The position numbers and the translations under genes are program-made. A DNA stretch of 64,000 nt, taken from Thelocarpon superellum (lineage: Eukaryota). The DNA is taken from positions 1 through 64,000 of the forward strand of contig JAPEUG010000009.1 in the NCBI GenBank assembly GCA_026025795.1, in the 5' to 3' direction. How positions within the stretch are numbered: position 1 is the first letter of the stretch; each line of letters opens with the position of its first letter. Below are positions 51,229 through 62,425 of the stretch, piece after piece. The notes below the pieces were generated by a model. That model had not been told where the DNA came from and made no database searches. It was given only the letters and a program-made list of their open reading frames with translations.

Positions 51229-53641
51229 ATGGCCCGCAGGATACTTTGCGTGGCGGAGAAGCCGTCCATTGCAAAGGCCGTGGCGCAACATCTCTCCGGT
51301 GGTTCCTTTGAGACTGTGAGTATGTCAATGATATCTGTGGGCCTTCATCGGGCTGAAATGTCCAGGCGTCCATCACGGGTAGTCCGTACATTAAGAACTA
51401 CAGCTTCACCTTCTCTTTCGGTCCGCCATGGGGCAATTGCTTCGTGACCATGACTAGTGTTATCGGGCACCTGATCAGCCTGGACTTTGAATCGCAATAC
51501 CGTGGATGGAAGTCGTGCCCACCGGGGAGACTATTCGATGCTCCCATCGTTGCCTCGGTTGATGCAGTAGGTTGAGCGCGATCATGTTCCGCACAAGGCT
51601 AACGTGACGTAGGACAAGAAGTCTGTGGCGGCCAACATTGAGCGCCAGGCCCGAATGGCCCAGACATTGTTCATCTGGACCGACTGCGATCGCGAGGGAG
51701 AGCATATCGGGACCGAGATCCGGGGAATTGCCTGGAAGGCCAACCGAAATATGGAAGTGAAGCGGGCGAAGTTCAGCAACATCGAACGAGCGTGGGTGAG
51801 AGCCAAGGGCCAGCGGCGGGCCTCTGAAGCTGAAGAAGCGCAGGCACGTTCTCCACGCCGCCCAACATCCCGTCAACGTGGATGAACGCCAAGCCGATGC
51901 CGTCGCCGCTCGGATCGAGTTGGATCTCCGGATTGGCGCGGCGCTTACCCGGCTTCAAACACTCCACTTACAGCCGTTGGGGCCTGCGCTCGAAAGTCGG
52001 GTCGTGAGCTATGGTACGTGCCTCGGTTGGTCGAGTCGACCATAATTGATGGCACGACAGGATCGTGCCAATTTCCCACCCTGGGCTTCGTGGTCGACCG
52101 GTACTTCCGCGTCAAGAATTTTGTACCCGAGCCGTTCTGGAGCATCAAGGTGATGCACCGTCGCGACGATATCAAGGTGACGTTCAATTGGCGGCGGGTG
52201 CGTCTCTTCGATCGAATGGCCGTGACCGTTTTATTCGAGCGGTGTCTGCTTGCCAAAACGGCCACCGTGACCAAAGTCCAGTCCAAGCCGACAAGCAAAT
52301 GGAGACCTCTCCCCTTGACAACCGTGGACCTGCAAATGATGGGCACACGATACTTGCGCATGGACAGTCAGCAAGTGATGAAGGTGAACACGAGACCGGC
52401 TGCATGGAGATGACCAGCTGACGAGCAAAGATCGCCGAAGAGCTCTACACCAAAGGTTTCATCAGCTACCCTCGTACGGAGACCGACCAATTCGATTCTG
52501 GCATGGATCTGAAGAAGTTGGTGGAGAAACAAGTACAAGATCACCGATGGGGTTCTCACGCTCAGGGGTGAGTTCCCATCTGACGAGTAGCGTGGATGAG
52601 TGGTGCCTGACGACTACTCTGCTTCTAGCTTGCTGCAAGGCAATTATCGGACGCCCCGCTCCGGCCGAAATAACGATCAGGCACATCCGCCAATCCATCC
52701 GGTCTTCTATGTGGCTCCTCGCGCCCTCCCGGGCGACGAGCATCGTCGAGTCTACGAATTCGTCGTCCGTCGATTTTTGGCCTGCTGTTCCGACGATGCC
52801 AAGGGCGATTCGACGACGGTGGAGATTCAATACGGCGATGAGATGTTCCATACCAACGGACTAATCGTACGGGAACGCAACTATCTCGACGTATATCCCT
52901 ACGACAAGTGGGAGAGCAGCCAGCCGCTTCCGCCCTTCACCTTGGGCGAAGAATTCGAACCCACCGAGGCAACGATCAACGAAGGGAAGACGTCAGCACC
53001 CGGCTACCTGACCGAGCCGGATCTGCTGGCGTTGATGGATGCCAACGGGATCGGGACCGATGCCACTATGGCCGACCACATCGCCAAGATCAAGGAGCGA
53101 GAGTACGTGGAGACCAGAGCTCGCTCGGGCGGAGGCGCGGCGGCAGATGGACCTGGAGCTGGCCGCGGTGACGGACGAGGTCGCGGCAGGGGCCGGGGTC
53201 GTGGCGGACGTGGAGGCGCTACGACGGAGACGGGACGAACGGGCGGCAATGCCATGCTTGAATTCATTCCTACCACGCTTGGCGTCGCCCTCATTGAAGG
53301 CTACGAAGCCGTAGGCTTCGAAACGAGCCTGAGCAAGCCCTTCCTAAGGAAAGAGGTGAGGACGCGCGATGTCTCCAAGGCTCTCCCACGCCGTCAGCTG
53401 CAGCCGCTGACATTCGTGAAGATGGAGCTGAAGATGAAGGCGATCTGCGCCGGCACCAAGACTCGGCCCGACGTGGTGCACGAGAGCTTGGAACAATACC
53501 GGGAGGTGTTTGTTCGGACATCTCAACAGATTCACCTCCTGCAGGCGGTACGAGAATGCCGCGGCACAGCACTCGATTTCAGTCGCTGAACTGACACCTC
53601 TACAGGCCTGCAATAAGTATGTCTTTGGTCGGGAGCCATGA
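51229..53641 (+). CDS. TOP3: DNA topoisomerase III (type IA), 9 exons
   Basis: LCVAEKPSIAK TOPRIM start, WTDCDREGE, SYGSCQFPTLGFVV, catalytic GFISYPRTET, AHPPIHP and GIGTDAT. Confidence 0.96.
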
Positions 53642-55595
53642 GCGATCGAGACGCCAGAGTGACGTGGTCACTCCGAGGAGCGGTGGCGCCCTACCCCAGG
53701 CGGCATTTGCCGTTCCACCCATGTGCAACATCGGTGGACTAGATGAGATCATCCGTGTACCATAGCCATGCGTGCGGGGACCGGGCATGAGTAAGGGAGC
53801 AATGGCGCAACGGGCCCTCGGGTAAGACAAGGTGGAAAAATGTGAAGGGAGCACGATAGACAATGTTTCATTCATTAGGGATCAGGCGAGACCCAGTGAC
53901 ACCATCGTCTTCCTGTTCGCCATCCGATTGTGCTATCCGATTGTGCCATTGGTCGCCATGCAGGCCCACCCGGACGCGAGCGGAGGTGTCCGATGCGTGA
54001 CCCTACCATAGGAGTGACGACGCACTTGGGCCCTTCGAGCGTGGAACTCTGCGTGAGTACTTCGGTGGATTGGCGACATGGCAACGGCGATTCATTACTT
54101 AGCGCCTCGCGATCCATCCCGCCTCTGGTCTTCATGCAGCTGGGTGAAGACGGGCCGAGGTAAGGTATCCACCCCCTCGATTGCACGGCTCCACCGATGG
54201 TGCATGAGTGTGGTACGCTGGGTAGCATTCGCGTCCAAGGTGGGAGTTTGCAGAAGTCGCGCCACCTCCAGCAGGCGATGCAAGGAAACAGCGTTCTCTC
54301 GCCACCGGCAAGCTGGCGCCCACGTTCCCAAAGCTGTGGTGTGCAACCGGCCTTGTGTTTGTCCGATGAGATGCAGGCCCGCACGCGCAGTTGTGGTGTC
54401 GTGTGATTGGCTGGCGCGGTGAGTAAGCTAGAATTTTGCTGGGCAATGCTCGCTCCTCGCTCCTCGCTCCTCGCTCTTCGCTCCTCAGCTAATCCGAAAT
54501 AGCCCGAGTCCGACGCGGGCGAGGAAGACCTGAGACCGACAAACACGGTACCCGACCAGCCACGCAAGGTGTTGCGCGGGCGCAGCGGGACGGATGCATT
54601 GCTGCGAACACGCACAACAGTGCAAGCATCAGTCTAGCTGTAGTTGTAGCGTTGAGGCGTCGCTGAGCCAGGACCAAGCACCGTCGCGTCCTCGATGCTG
54701 TGTCTGCTTTCCCTGCCGAACAACCGTGAGCTTTGGCGAACACTGCCTGATCCTGGTCACATCATTCGTAATCTGTCATCTGTAATTCAAGGTCCTTCCC
54801 CCCACCCTACTACTAAGTCATCCTTGGCCCTCCTTGAAAGATGAGTGGCCATGGGTGGTAAGCGAAGTCAGTAGTCACCACGCTGCGCGACCTGGGCTAA
54901 GCGTGGTGCGGCGTGCGTAAGTGGTCCGGCTTGGTACTGATTCGTACTTGGTACCAGCTACTTGGCGCACTACGGAGGAGCGAGGCAAAAGCCTGCTGGC
55001 GATAGCCCGTCGCGCCCGCGGTAAGTAGACGAACGTCGATGCGACGGCCGCCGCCGGAGCATGCCGGGGGACGCCGTGGACCTTGCGTCGACGCCGGGCG
55101 CAACGTACGAGTACCAAGTACGTACTGCTGTCGACCTACCACTCATCACCAGACGCTTCCCTCTCCATCTGCGTTCTTGCTTCTGTTCGTTGCTACATCC
55201 ATCTGCAACATCGTCGCCCCGCTTCACGTCGCAGATTCGCTCTGCGCAACAACCGCCCGACCAACCGTTCCAGCTGGCAGAGTGTGACTCACCGTCATCA
55301 ACCTTCGAGATCATCGTGCCTCTTTGCGCTCCGGTTCATCCTATCGCCTGCTGTCGCTTCGGTTGATCGATTTACTTCGACCAACTTCCAAGCTGCTCCT
55401 CCGTCGCAAAGCTTCCACCGATCCCACGTCGCGTCTCCTCCGACTCGTCGCTTTGCTCCGGACGTGACCCTGGTACGTCATCCGATCGCGTCCTGCTCTC
55501 TGATCATCTGTTTATCGCGCCTCCGTCGCTCGTTTTCGCGTCGTCCGGGCACTGACGCTGCCTCGCCCTTTCCCTAGGTCTTCATCGATCACGAT

Positions 55596-56858
55596 ATGGC
55601 TTCCTCCACCAAGTCCAGCATGGCGAAGGCCTTGACCGGCAAGACCGCGTCCGTGGACATCCCCAAGCCTCGCGGAGGGCACGCTTTCGTGGGCAGGGAC
55701 AGCTTCGCTGCTGTTGCTGCCAGATCGCTGCCCATCAAAAACCCGACCCACACCCTTCCGACCCCCCCAAACTCCATCTCTCCCTCCCTGCCACCGCGGG
55801 CCTTTAAGTCGGCCGGGGCTGTTCTCGCCAATGACGCGTCCCCTCCTGGGCAGGTCGACTCCGACATCGACCTCCACGATGCTGTGGACGCCGAGCCGAC
55901 GTCTGCCATCGCACCCCAACATGGCTTCGCCGTCACCACCCCGGATGCCGAACCGGCCGCGACGGATGCGGCCGGGGCCATCACGCCGGGCCTCCTCGCC
56001 AAGCACCACCTCCCCGACATCCTCCTGGCCCATGGTCCGTTGGCGATCCGCCACGTCATGGGCTACCTGACCACCTCCGTCCCCGGCTTCTCGAGGATCC
56101 CGCCGGCCAAGGCACGACGTCTGGTCGTCGGTGCGTTGGAAGGCCGCGGTAGCGGTGGCGAAGGGGCGGGAGTGGATGAGAACGTGGAGTTTGAGAAGGT
56201 GGGGTGGGGTCGATGGGATGCGCGCATCAAAGGCCAACCGCCCCGAGAGGGCCAGGAGAACCGGCAGGGTGCGCTGCTGGGTGACACGGTCTCGCCGCCG
56301 CCGAGCATGCCATCATCATACTCGGCCGTCTCGGGCAGCGGCCTGCCCATGACCACCTTGACCCGATGGCCGGATCGGGGCTCGAACACCCGACCGGGGA
56401 CTAGCTGGGCGGGGGATTCCGCCGTCTTCTCGCACGACGAGGACATGGACCCGGCATATCCCGAGGATGTGACGATGCTGGAGCACGAGGCCGACAAGAT
56501 GTCGCTGGACGGCGAGGGATCCTGCTCTTCCTCGGACGCTCCGGACGGAGGTCTGGGAGCGGACGAAGAACTTGGCGATGTCACCGACGACGAAGACTGG
56601 GCCAAGATTGGCGCCGCCGCGCTTCGACAGGGCTCATTGAGTGCGTCTACGACACTTCGTCGACCCAACATCTACACGCAGGCGCCCATGAGAGCGCTGC
56701 CACCACATTCCACTTCGCCCTCCATGTTGCGTGGAGGGCTGTATAATATTCAAGAGGGGTTGATCCCTTCGACTTCTTCTAGTAGCGGAGGCGTTATCGG
56801 GTCTGATTCTCAGGAGCGCGAGGCGATCGAGGCGTTGGTTCGGTTGAGTTCTGTATAA
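55596..56858 (+). CDS. STB3: Stb3-domain (Sin3-binding, RRPE-binding-like) protein; probable 5'UTR intron at 55473-55577
   Basis: ITP.LLAKHHLPDILL.HGPLAIRH...L..SVPGFSRIPPAKARRL.V.ALE, FEKVGWGRW, TDDEDW and ERE.IEAL. Confidence 0.88.
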   Translation: MASSTKSSMAKALTGKTASVDIPKPRGGHAFVGRDSFAAVAARSLPIKNPTHTLPTPPNSISPSLPPRAFKSAGAVLANDASPPGQVDSDIDLHDAVDAEPTSAIAPQHGFAVTTPDAEPAATDAAGAITPGLLAKHHLPDILLAHGPLAIRHVMGYLTTSVPGFSRIPPAKARRLVVGALEGRGSGGEGAGVDENVEFEKVGWGRWDARIKGQPPREGQENRQGALLGDTVSPPPSMPSSYSAVSGSGLPMTTLTRWPDRGSNTRPGTSWAGDSAVFSHDEDMDPAYPEDVTMLEHEADKMSLDGEGSCSSSDAPDGGLGADEELGDVTDDEDWAKIGAAALRQGSLSASTTLRRPNIYTQAPMRALPPHSTSPSMLRGGLYNIQEGLIPSTSSSSGGVIGSDSQEREAIEALVRLSSV

Positions 56859-57917
56859 GATACGCTGGGTGGATGGCTCGGATTTGCCGCCGGTGGGGGT
56901 TGATTGGTCCTGGATTCGGCTCGCGAGGCGACGGTGGTGGCAATGGCAAAGGCGCGTGGACCTTTTCATCTTTCTCTACCTTCACTCTCTTTTTTACTTC
57001 CTCTTCTTCTATTGTAATCTTTTCGACGGGGTGTGGAAGGGATATGGCTGGGCCGAATCTCGGGCCAAGGGATCGGATCGGAACAAGGGGAACAGGACTG
57101 GCAACGGGACGGGTCAGTGGATGGAAACCTCCACGTGGAAGGAAATGGTGGGTGAAGGACGGGGGAAAGGAAATGGACGCGGATATGGTTTGGATAACAA
57201 CGATACCGCTTACGAACTACCATACTTAACACCCACATCCTACAATCAACTCGTCTAATCCGTCTGCGGCTTCTTTGCTGACATGGCCTGTGATCGGAAC
57301 GTGCATCTACGCAACTGCTTAACGTTTCACCCGTAGGTATGAATAAGCCTGAGATGCTTCCTGGAGCACGAGTAAGTGGAAGAGAAAAGTTCCTCGTGGT
57401 GATCCGACCGAGAGGGGGATGAGGGACCGCGGCCACTCCCGCCCACCAAGCAAAATTGACGGCGACACCCGGGATATCCTAGGTGCGCCTACTCATTCAT
57501 TTGGTGGACTGGCGCTTCGCCTTGGAAGGTAGTCGTCATATCTTCTCTTCTACTTTGCTTTCCACTGCACCAGGCACGCACGAACGGGTTTGAGAAGAAA
57601 GTAACCTATCTACCTGCCTTGGAGTCGGGGTGACTGGTTGGCGGCTGAAGGGTGGAGATATGCTCGTGTCGGACCTGAGCAGCAGCGTGGTATTGCCTGT
57701 CCTTGGATATCGCTATTTGCTCGTAGCATCATGCTGACCTCTCCGCTGTGAGAGGTTCGCTTCACGGCGCTACCCACAGAGCTCGGCATTGTTTACATAA
57801 CACCCAAACGTCACATACACCCGGGGCCCGGTTTGAAGCGTACATGCAAGATGGAGGCATCGACGTGAGTCAACTTGCCGGCGAGGTTGAGCCCGTAAAT
57901 GGGCCGTGTCCGCTCGA

Positions 57918-60881
57918 ATGGACCAGTCTATTCCAGACCATTGTCCCCATGCCCACACCATTACTCCCTTCACCGACCGCCGTCCTCGACCCGTCGCAGA
58001 AGCATCTCGGTCTGTTCGACAACCCGCCTGGACAGCCACACGCTGCAATCGACTGCTCCGACCTCTGGTCTCACGCATAGAGATCTTCCAGAAGCGTTCC
58101 AGGGTTGGAACAGCGACGATAGGAGACCAGCATGACGGCCCTACTCGACCCACCTCCATTGCCCAACTTGTGCCTCCGACCAAACCCTCACACCCCGCCC
58201 GGCGCCTCGGCCGGGCGGATCCCAAAATAAGAGAGTGGTCTCCAGGCCAAAAACCGCGCAAGCGTTTAAAGCACACCTACTCCAATCGCGACACTCGTTC
58301 CAACATCCCCACCACCGATGGCGAGTCGCACGAGGCCAGATGGAATCAGCCCCCGCTGCCCGGCCAGATTACGGTTGCAACGCCAGTCATTGCACGGACA
58401 CACTACATGGATGAAAGCATGGAACAGACAATCATCTTGAACGAAACTCAGCGGCCGGGGGCCAACGAGACGCCATGGCATGGTCCTGGGGCACGACGCA
58501 AGCCGGACCCTCGGAAGACCAATCCTGTTGCCTTACCACCGTCCGAGGCCTTGAAGACTGTCAAGAAGTTCGCTCCACCTTGCGTCTGGAGCTTGTATCG
58601 AGGCTTATACCAGGCCTGGGACACCTTGCTCAAATACACGGCCAAAGATTCTCGGGCCTCTCGAAGAGGAGCAAGCTCGCTCTTTGCCACCTGTCTTCGC
58701 GCCGTGCCGCAGTACATCAAGGAAGAAGATCAATGGCAACGAGGGACGCGACAGCAGCCCAGCGCCTATGCCAGTGTCCTCGCCGACTCTGACATCGTCG
58801 ATGCCATCTACACCGATCTCGAAACGTTGGGGGGCTCGTCTCAGCGTGGATGGAAGCCTCTGAGACAGATCGTCCGCTTTCACGGCGCCTCCATTCTGGC
58901 CGACGCCATCCGGGCCGGGTTCTTCCACGCCAACTTCACCAAATCCTTAGTCCAACTGTCCCTGCGCCATAGCGCGCACGGAGAAGCTGAGTGCCTGGTG
59001 GCCGCGCTGGCAGCCGTCGCCTCGCCACTCGCCCCACCCAGCACGGTTGACAGTCGATTCTTTGCCCGTCAGACCTCCATCGCATGCTATTCCTTACATC
59101 TCCACACCATCTCATCTGGCCGGCAAGGCTTCTTGTACCGTCATCTGGCGCACCTCTTCAGGCACCGTCGCCTGGCGCGCGAGTGGTTGGCCACGGTGGA
59201 CCTGGCCACGACATGGAAGGAGGCCATTCAGTCCGTCTCGCGTCAGGATGGGGACATGGCGGCAGCGGTTGAGTTTTTACGCACCGCTTTGTCGCTGGCA
59301 TATGCCCCGCCGCTGGAGAGATGGAGCGAATCGACTGGCGCCCTATCGCCAAACGACGTTGTCATGTTGCCGTCGTCGAGTGTCGAGGCTGCCTTCACCA
59401 ACACGGTGTCAAGCGTCGTGGCGACGCTCGCCGCCATCTTGGCCCTGGCGCAATTTCACGACGGACCCGCCGACGCCAACGTGGAGGAGAAACCGACAGC
59501 CGTCGCACATCTTCTTGAGGCGCTGGACACGGATGCGATGCAGTCGCTAATGGCATCAGGAGACCATGCACCATTCATTCGTTCACGTTCCCCCGAGTTA
59601 CAGCGAGCCATGATGCTCTCATTCGCGCACCGGCTGACGATGCACCGTCCGATCCATCCCGAACCTTCCCCACAGAAAGCGGACGACTTGGATACGCATG
59701 CCTTCATCCTATACTGCTGGATGGAGGCCTGGGAAGAGCAAGATCCGGCGCAATTGCCGCTCGCCACGGATTCGGCCCCAGATCTTGGACCCTGGTTCCT
59801 GGCCGAGGTGGTGGGTTCAATCGTGCGCTGTTGCGGCCGAGCATCGTCCGACCATGGATTTGGACAGCTCGGAGAGCTGGTGCGGCGCCTGATCGCACTC
59901 GCCCGTGCTCCGTGTCCTCGTGCCGAGGTATGCATCGGCGGTCACCGGGAACGATGGCTGACCGAAATTGCCTCGCTGGCGGCCGTGGAATATGCCAGTC
60001 GTTCCGGAACGGACGAACATATGAAGTGGGCCGAGAGCGTCGGGGCCATCACGACATGCGAAACGACCAAGCCGGGACCGAATGAAGAAGCGAGGTATCG
60101 ACGGGAAGAAGGGCTGCAAGACTGGATCGTGGCTACGCCCGCCGCCCGGACTGATCGCTCGCGCAGCGTGAGCGTATCAACATCATCTGTCCCCTCTTCT
60201 GATGACGACGACGAGACCCCTTACGTCAGGGTCCGACGGCGACGCGCAGTCCAGACCGAAGCAACGACGCCCAGACTGTCATATTTACTGTTTGGCCCAA
60301 ACTCCGATGAGCCTTCACCCGAGGCTAGCCCGACCTCATCCGAGGATCTGGGTCTGACGACGACGCCAAACTTCCCTCAACCCAGGAGGTGGAAGAGAGA
60401 GGTAGACGGGGACCTCCTACGATTCGAAGGAGGCGTCAGTCACCCTCCCGGATGGAAACGTCCACGAAGCCTGGAGTCACGCATATGCGAGGATCCACGC
60501 ATGACGGGCCTATCGGAGGCGGAGACAGAATCAGGGGATGATACGGATGACATGGACGAGCTGATGCGCTCGGGGACCGGACGGCGGCTGAGCGAGCATG
60601 GGCGCTTGCGGGGCTCGACGTCAGATGCCCATGCTGCACGGGAAGTAGTCTTTGTAGAGCGAGGGCATGGGTCTCACCTGTCGCAGAACGACTCTGCGGA
60701 CTCAGTGCCCGGGGAGGGGATCCTACGAGAACGGTCCACGAACCGCTTTGCGAAGCGGGGGCTCTTCTGTGCGCTGAGCGCCAGGACTGATAGCGCCAAG
60801 GCTTGGTTGCGTGGCCCCGGCGCCGAGGTCAAGTCCTCGGCGACAGAGTGGAGTAGTGCGGACGAGTTGGGTCTGATCTGA
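57918..60881 (+). CDS. Large hypothetical protein (~987 aa, single exon)
   Basis: 3-kb uninterrupted ORF with protein-like composition; WTATRCNRLLRPL.SRI and GW.PLR..VR.HG segments resemble Pezizomycotina hypothetical proteins. Confidence 0.8.
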   Translation: MDQSIPDHCPHAHTITPFTDRRPRPVAEASRSVRQPAWTATRCNRLLRPLVSRIEIFQKRSRVGTATIGDQHDGPTRPTSIAQLVPPTKPSHPARRLGRADPKIREWSPGQKPRKRLKHTYSNRDTRSNIPTTDGESHEARWNQPPLPGQITVATPVIARTHYMDESMEQTIILNETQRPGANETPWHGPGARRKPDPRKTNPVALPPSEALKTVKKFAPPCVWSLYRGLYQAWDTLLKYTAKDSRASRRGASSLFATCLRAVPQYIKEEDQWQRGTRQQPSAYASVLADSDIVDAIYTDLETLGGSSQRGWKPLRQIVRFHGASILADAIRAGFFHANFTKSLVQLSLRHSAHGEAECLVAALAAVASPLAPPSTVDSRFFARQTSIACYSLHLHTISSGRQGFLYRHLAHLFRHRRLAREWLATVDLATTWKEAIQSVSRQDGDMAAAVEFLRTALSLAYAPPLERWSESTGALSPNDVVMLPSSSVEAAFTNTVSSVVATLAAILALAQFHDGPADANVEEKPTAVAHLLEALDTDAMQSLMASGDHAPFIRSRSPELQRAMMLSFAHRLTMHRPIHPEPSPQKADDLDTHAFILYCWMEAWEEQDPAQLPLATDSAPDLGPWFLAEVVGSIVRCCGRASSDHGFGQLGELVRRLIALARAPCPRAEVCIGGHRERWLTEIASLAAVEYASRSGTDEHMKWAESVGAITTCETTKPGPNEEARYRREEGLQDWIVATPAARTDRSRSVSVSTSSVPSSDDDDETPYVRVRRRRAVQTEATTPRLSYLLFGPNSDEPSPEASPTSSEDLGLTTTPNFPQPRRWKREVDGDLLRFEGGVSHPPGWKRPRSLESRICEDPRMTGLSEAETESGDDTDDMDELMRSGTGRRLSEHGRLRGSTSDAHAAREVVFVERGHGSHLSQNDSADSVPGEGILRERSTNRFAKRGLFCALSARTDSAKAWLRGPGAEVKSSATEWSSADELGLI

Positions 60882-62425
60882 CGTGAGGCTGAGCTCGACC
60901 AATCACCGTCACATCGCTCTCTTTGATTGCGCGAAACGCTTCGCAATCTTCAGTTCCCGTCCTGGTGGTACAGACGCAACAAACCATCATTTCAAACCGT
61001 CTACGACCAACGATAGCAACGATAGCTGTACGTGCAATTTGACCAGCGACCTGACCTTCGCCGAACGTGCACAGGACGAAGGCGTGCGAAGCTCACGCTG
61101 AGTGTCCGCGTCTGGCGCACTAAGTGGATTCCCACAACACGAAGCAGCTCCAGTGTCAGCAGTGACACGTCTGTTCTGGAACGGCGATCGTAGAGGAGAA
61201 GCCGGTGGGATCCTGTGGGACCGGCCGGGATCAGCGTCGGCGTTCTTTCGAGGCGGGACAGGACGAGACCTCCGGAGCATCCATCGGCTCTCCACGTTGC
61301 GGCAAGGTCTGAAACGCACCGACGGTCCCCTAATTCATCGTCAAGCTTGCCTGGGAAGACGCGTAGCGCTTGGGATTCGCTGGAGAGTCGCTGTAGGTAC
61401 CCGGCGCCGCCGCCACCCAAGCGACCCTCGGGAAGCCGCGTGAACGCCAATCGACGCCATCACGGAGAGCCCTCTTGCCGGCACCAATCAGGAGGCTCCT
61501 CCAACTTTTCGCCCGAGCCACTCTGGGCCCCCTGGGTCGACCCCGGTCCAGTCCCACAAGCCTCGCTTTGATTGTCTCAGGCCGCTCTCCTGCGTGCCTG
61601 CATCAATGCCGCCGCTCGAGCCAACCAGACGTGGCCGGAGAGAGGCAGAGCAAGCCACGCCGCCCACCGGCCGCTGGCCGGCCGCGTCCCACGGTCGGCG
61701 TTGCTGTGGCGCGTAGCTGTATGAGTAGGACTCGGGCGCTGTCGTGAGGGGTACCCTATTGTGGGGCCCTGGAGCCAGGCCAGGCTGAGCTGGATGCATG
61801 ATATCGTCAAAGTCTGCTTGCCGTACCTTTTTGCCCTCACCTCCACCCCCCTTCCCACTGCAGCTCCTCCTCCCCAACTACCGCCTGCGTGCCCTCGATG
61901 CGTGCATCGGAGCTCACTTTTTTCCTTTCGGTGGCTTGAGCTGCCACTCTTTGTCGGTGAGTGAATGTGCGAGCACAAGAACTCGTTACCCCCATCTGCC
62001 TGGATCAGGGCGGGCGAGCCGTCTCTCTACTTGCTGACCACTGACGAACTCCAGCGTTCCACACATTCTTTCCTGAAGCATTGACTGCCTCTCCACATTG
62101 TTCCCGATCGGACTTCCGTTCATCGCCACTCCTTCCACTCCGGCCAGCTGACGACATCGGGGCTCGCTCGGTGCTCCGCGGCGCTCCCCCGGCCCTTTCA
62201 CGTTTCAGCGTGCCCACACCTCACACCGTTCGTTCGTGAACACCCTGCGAGTCCACTGGTTGGCCACGTCGCATAGTCTGCTTCATGCCTTGATGCTTGA
62301 CGTTCCGACGCCAAGCCTTGATCTTCTCCTCCAACGCTTCCTCGGCCAGGCCGATAACACTGTCTTTCCCCACATCTTGGCTCTCGACTCCCCGGATCGG
62401 ACGTCGAGAGCATTCCTCTATCGCC

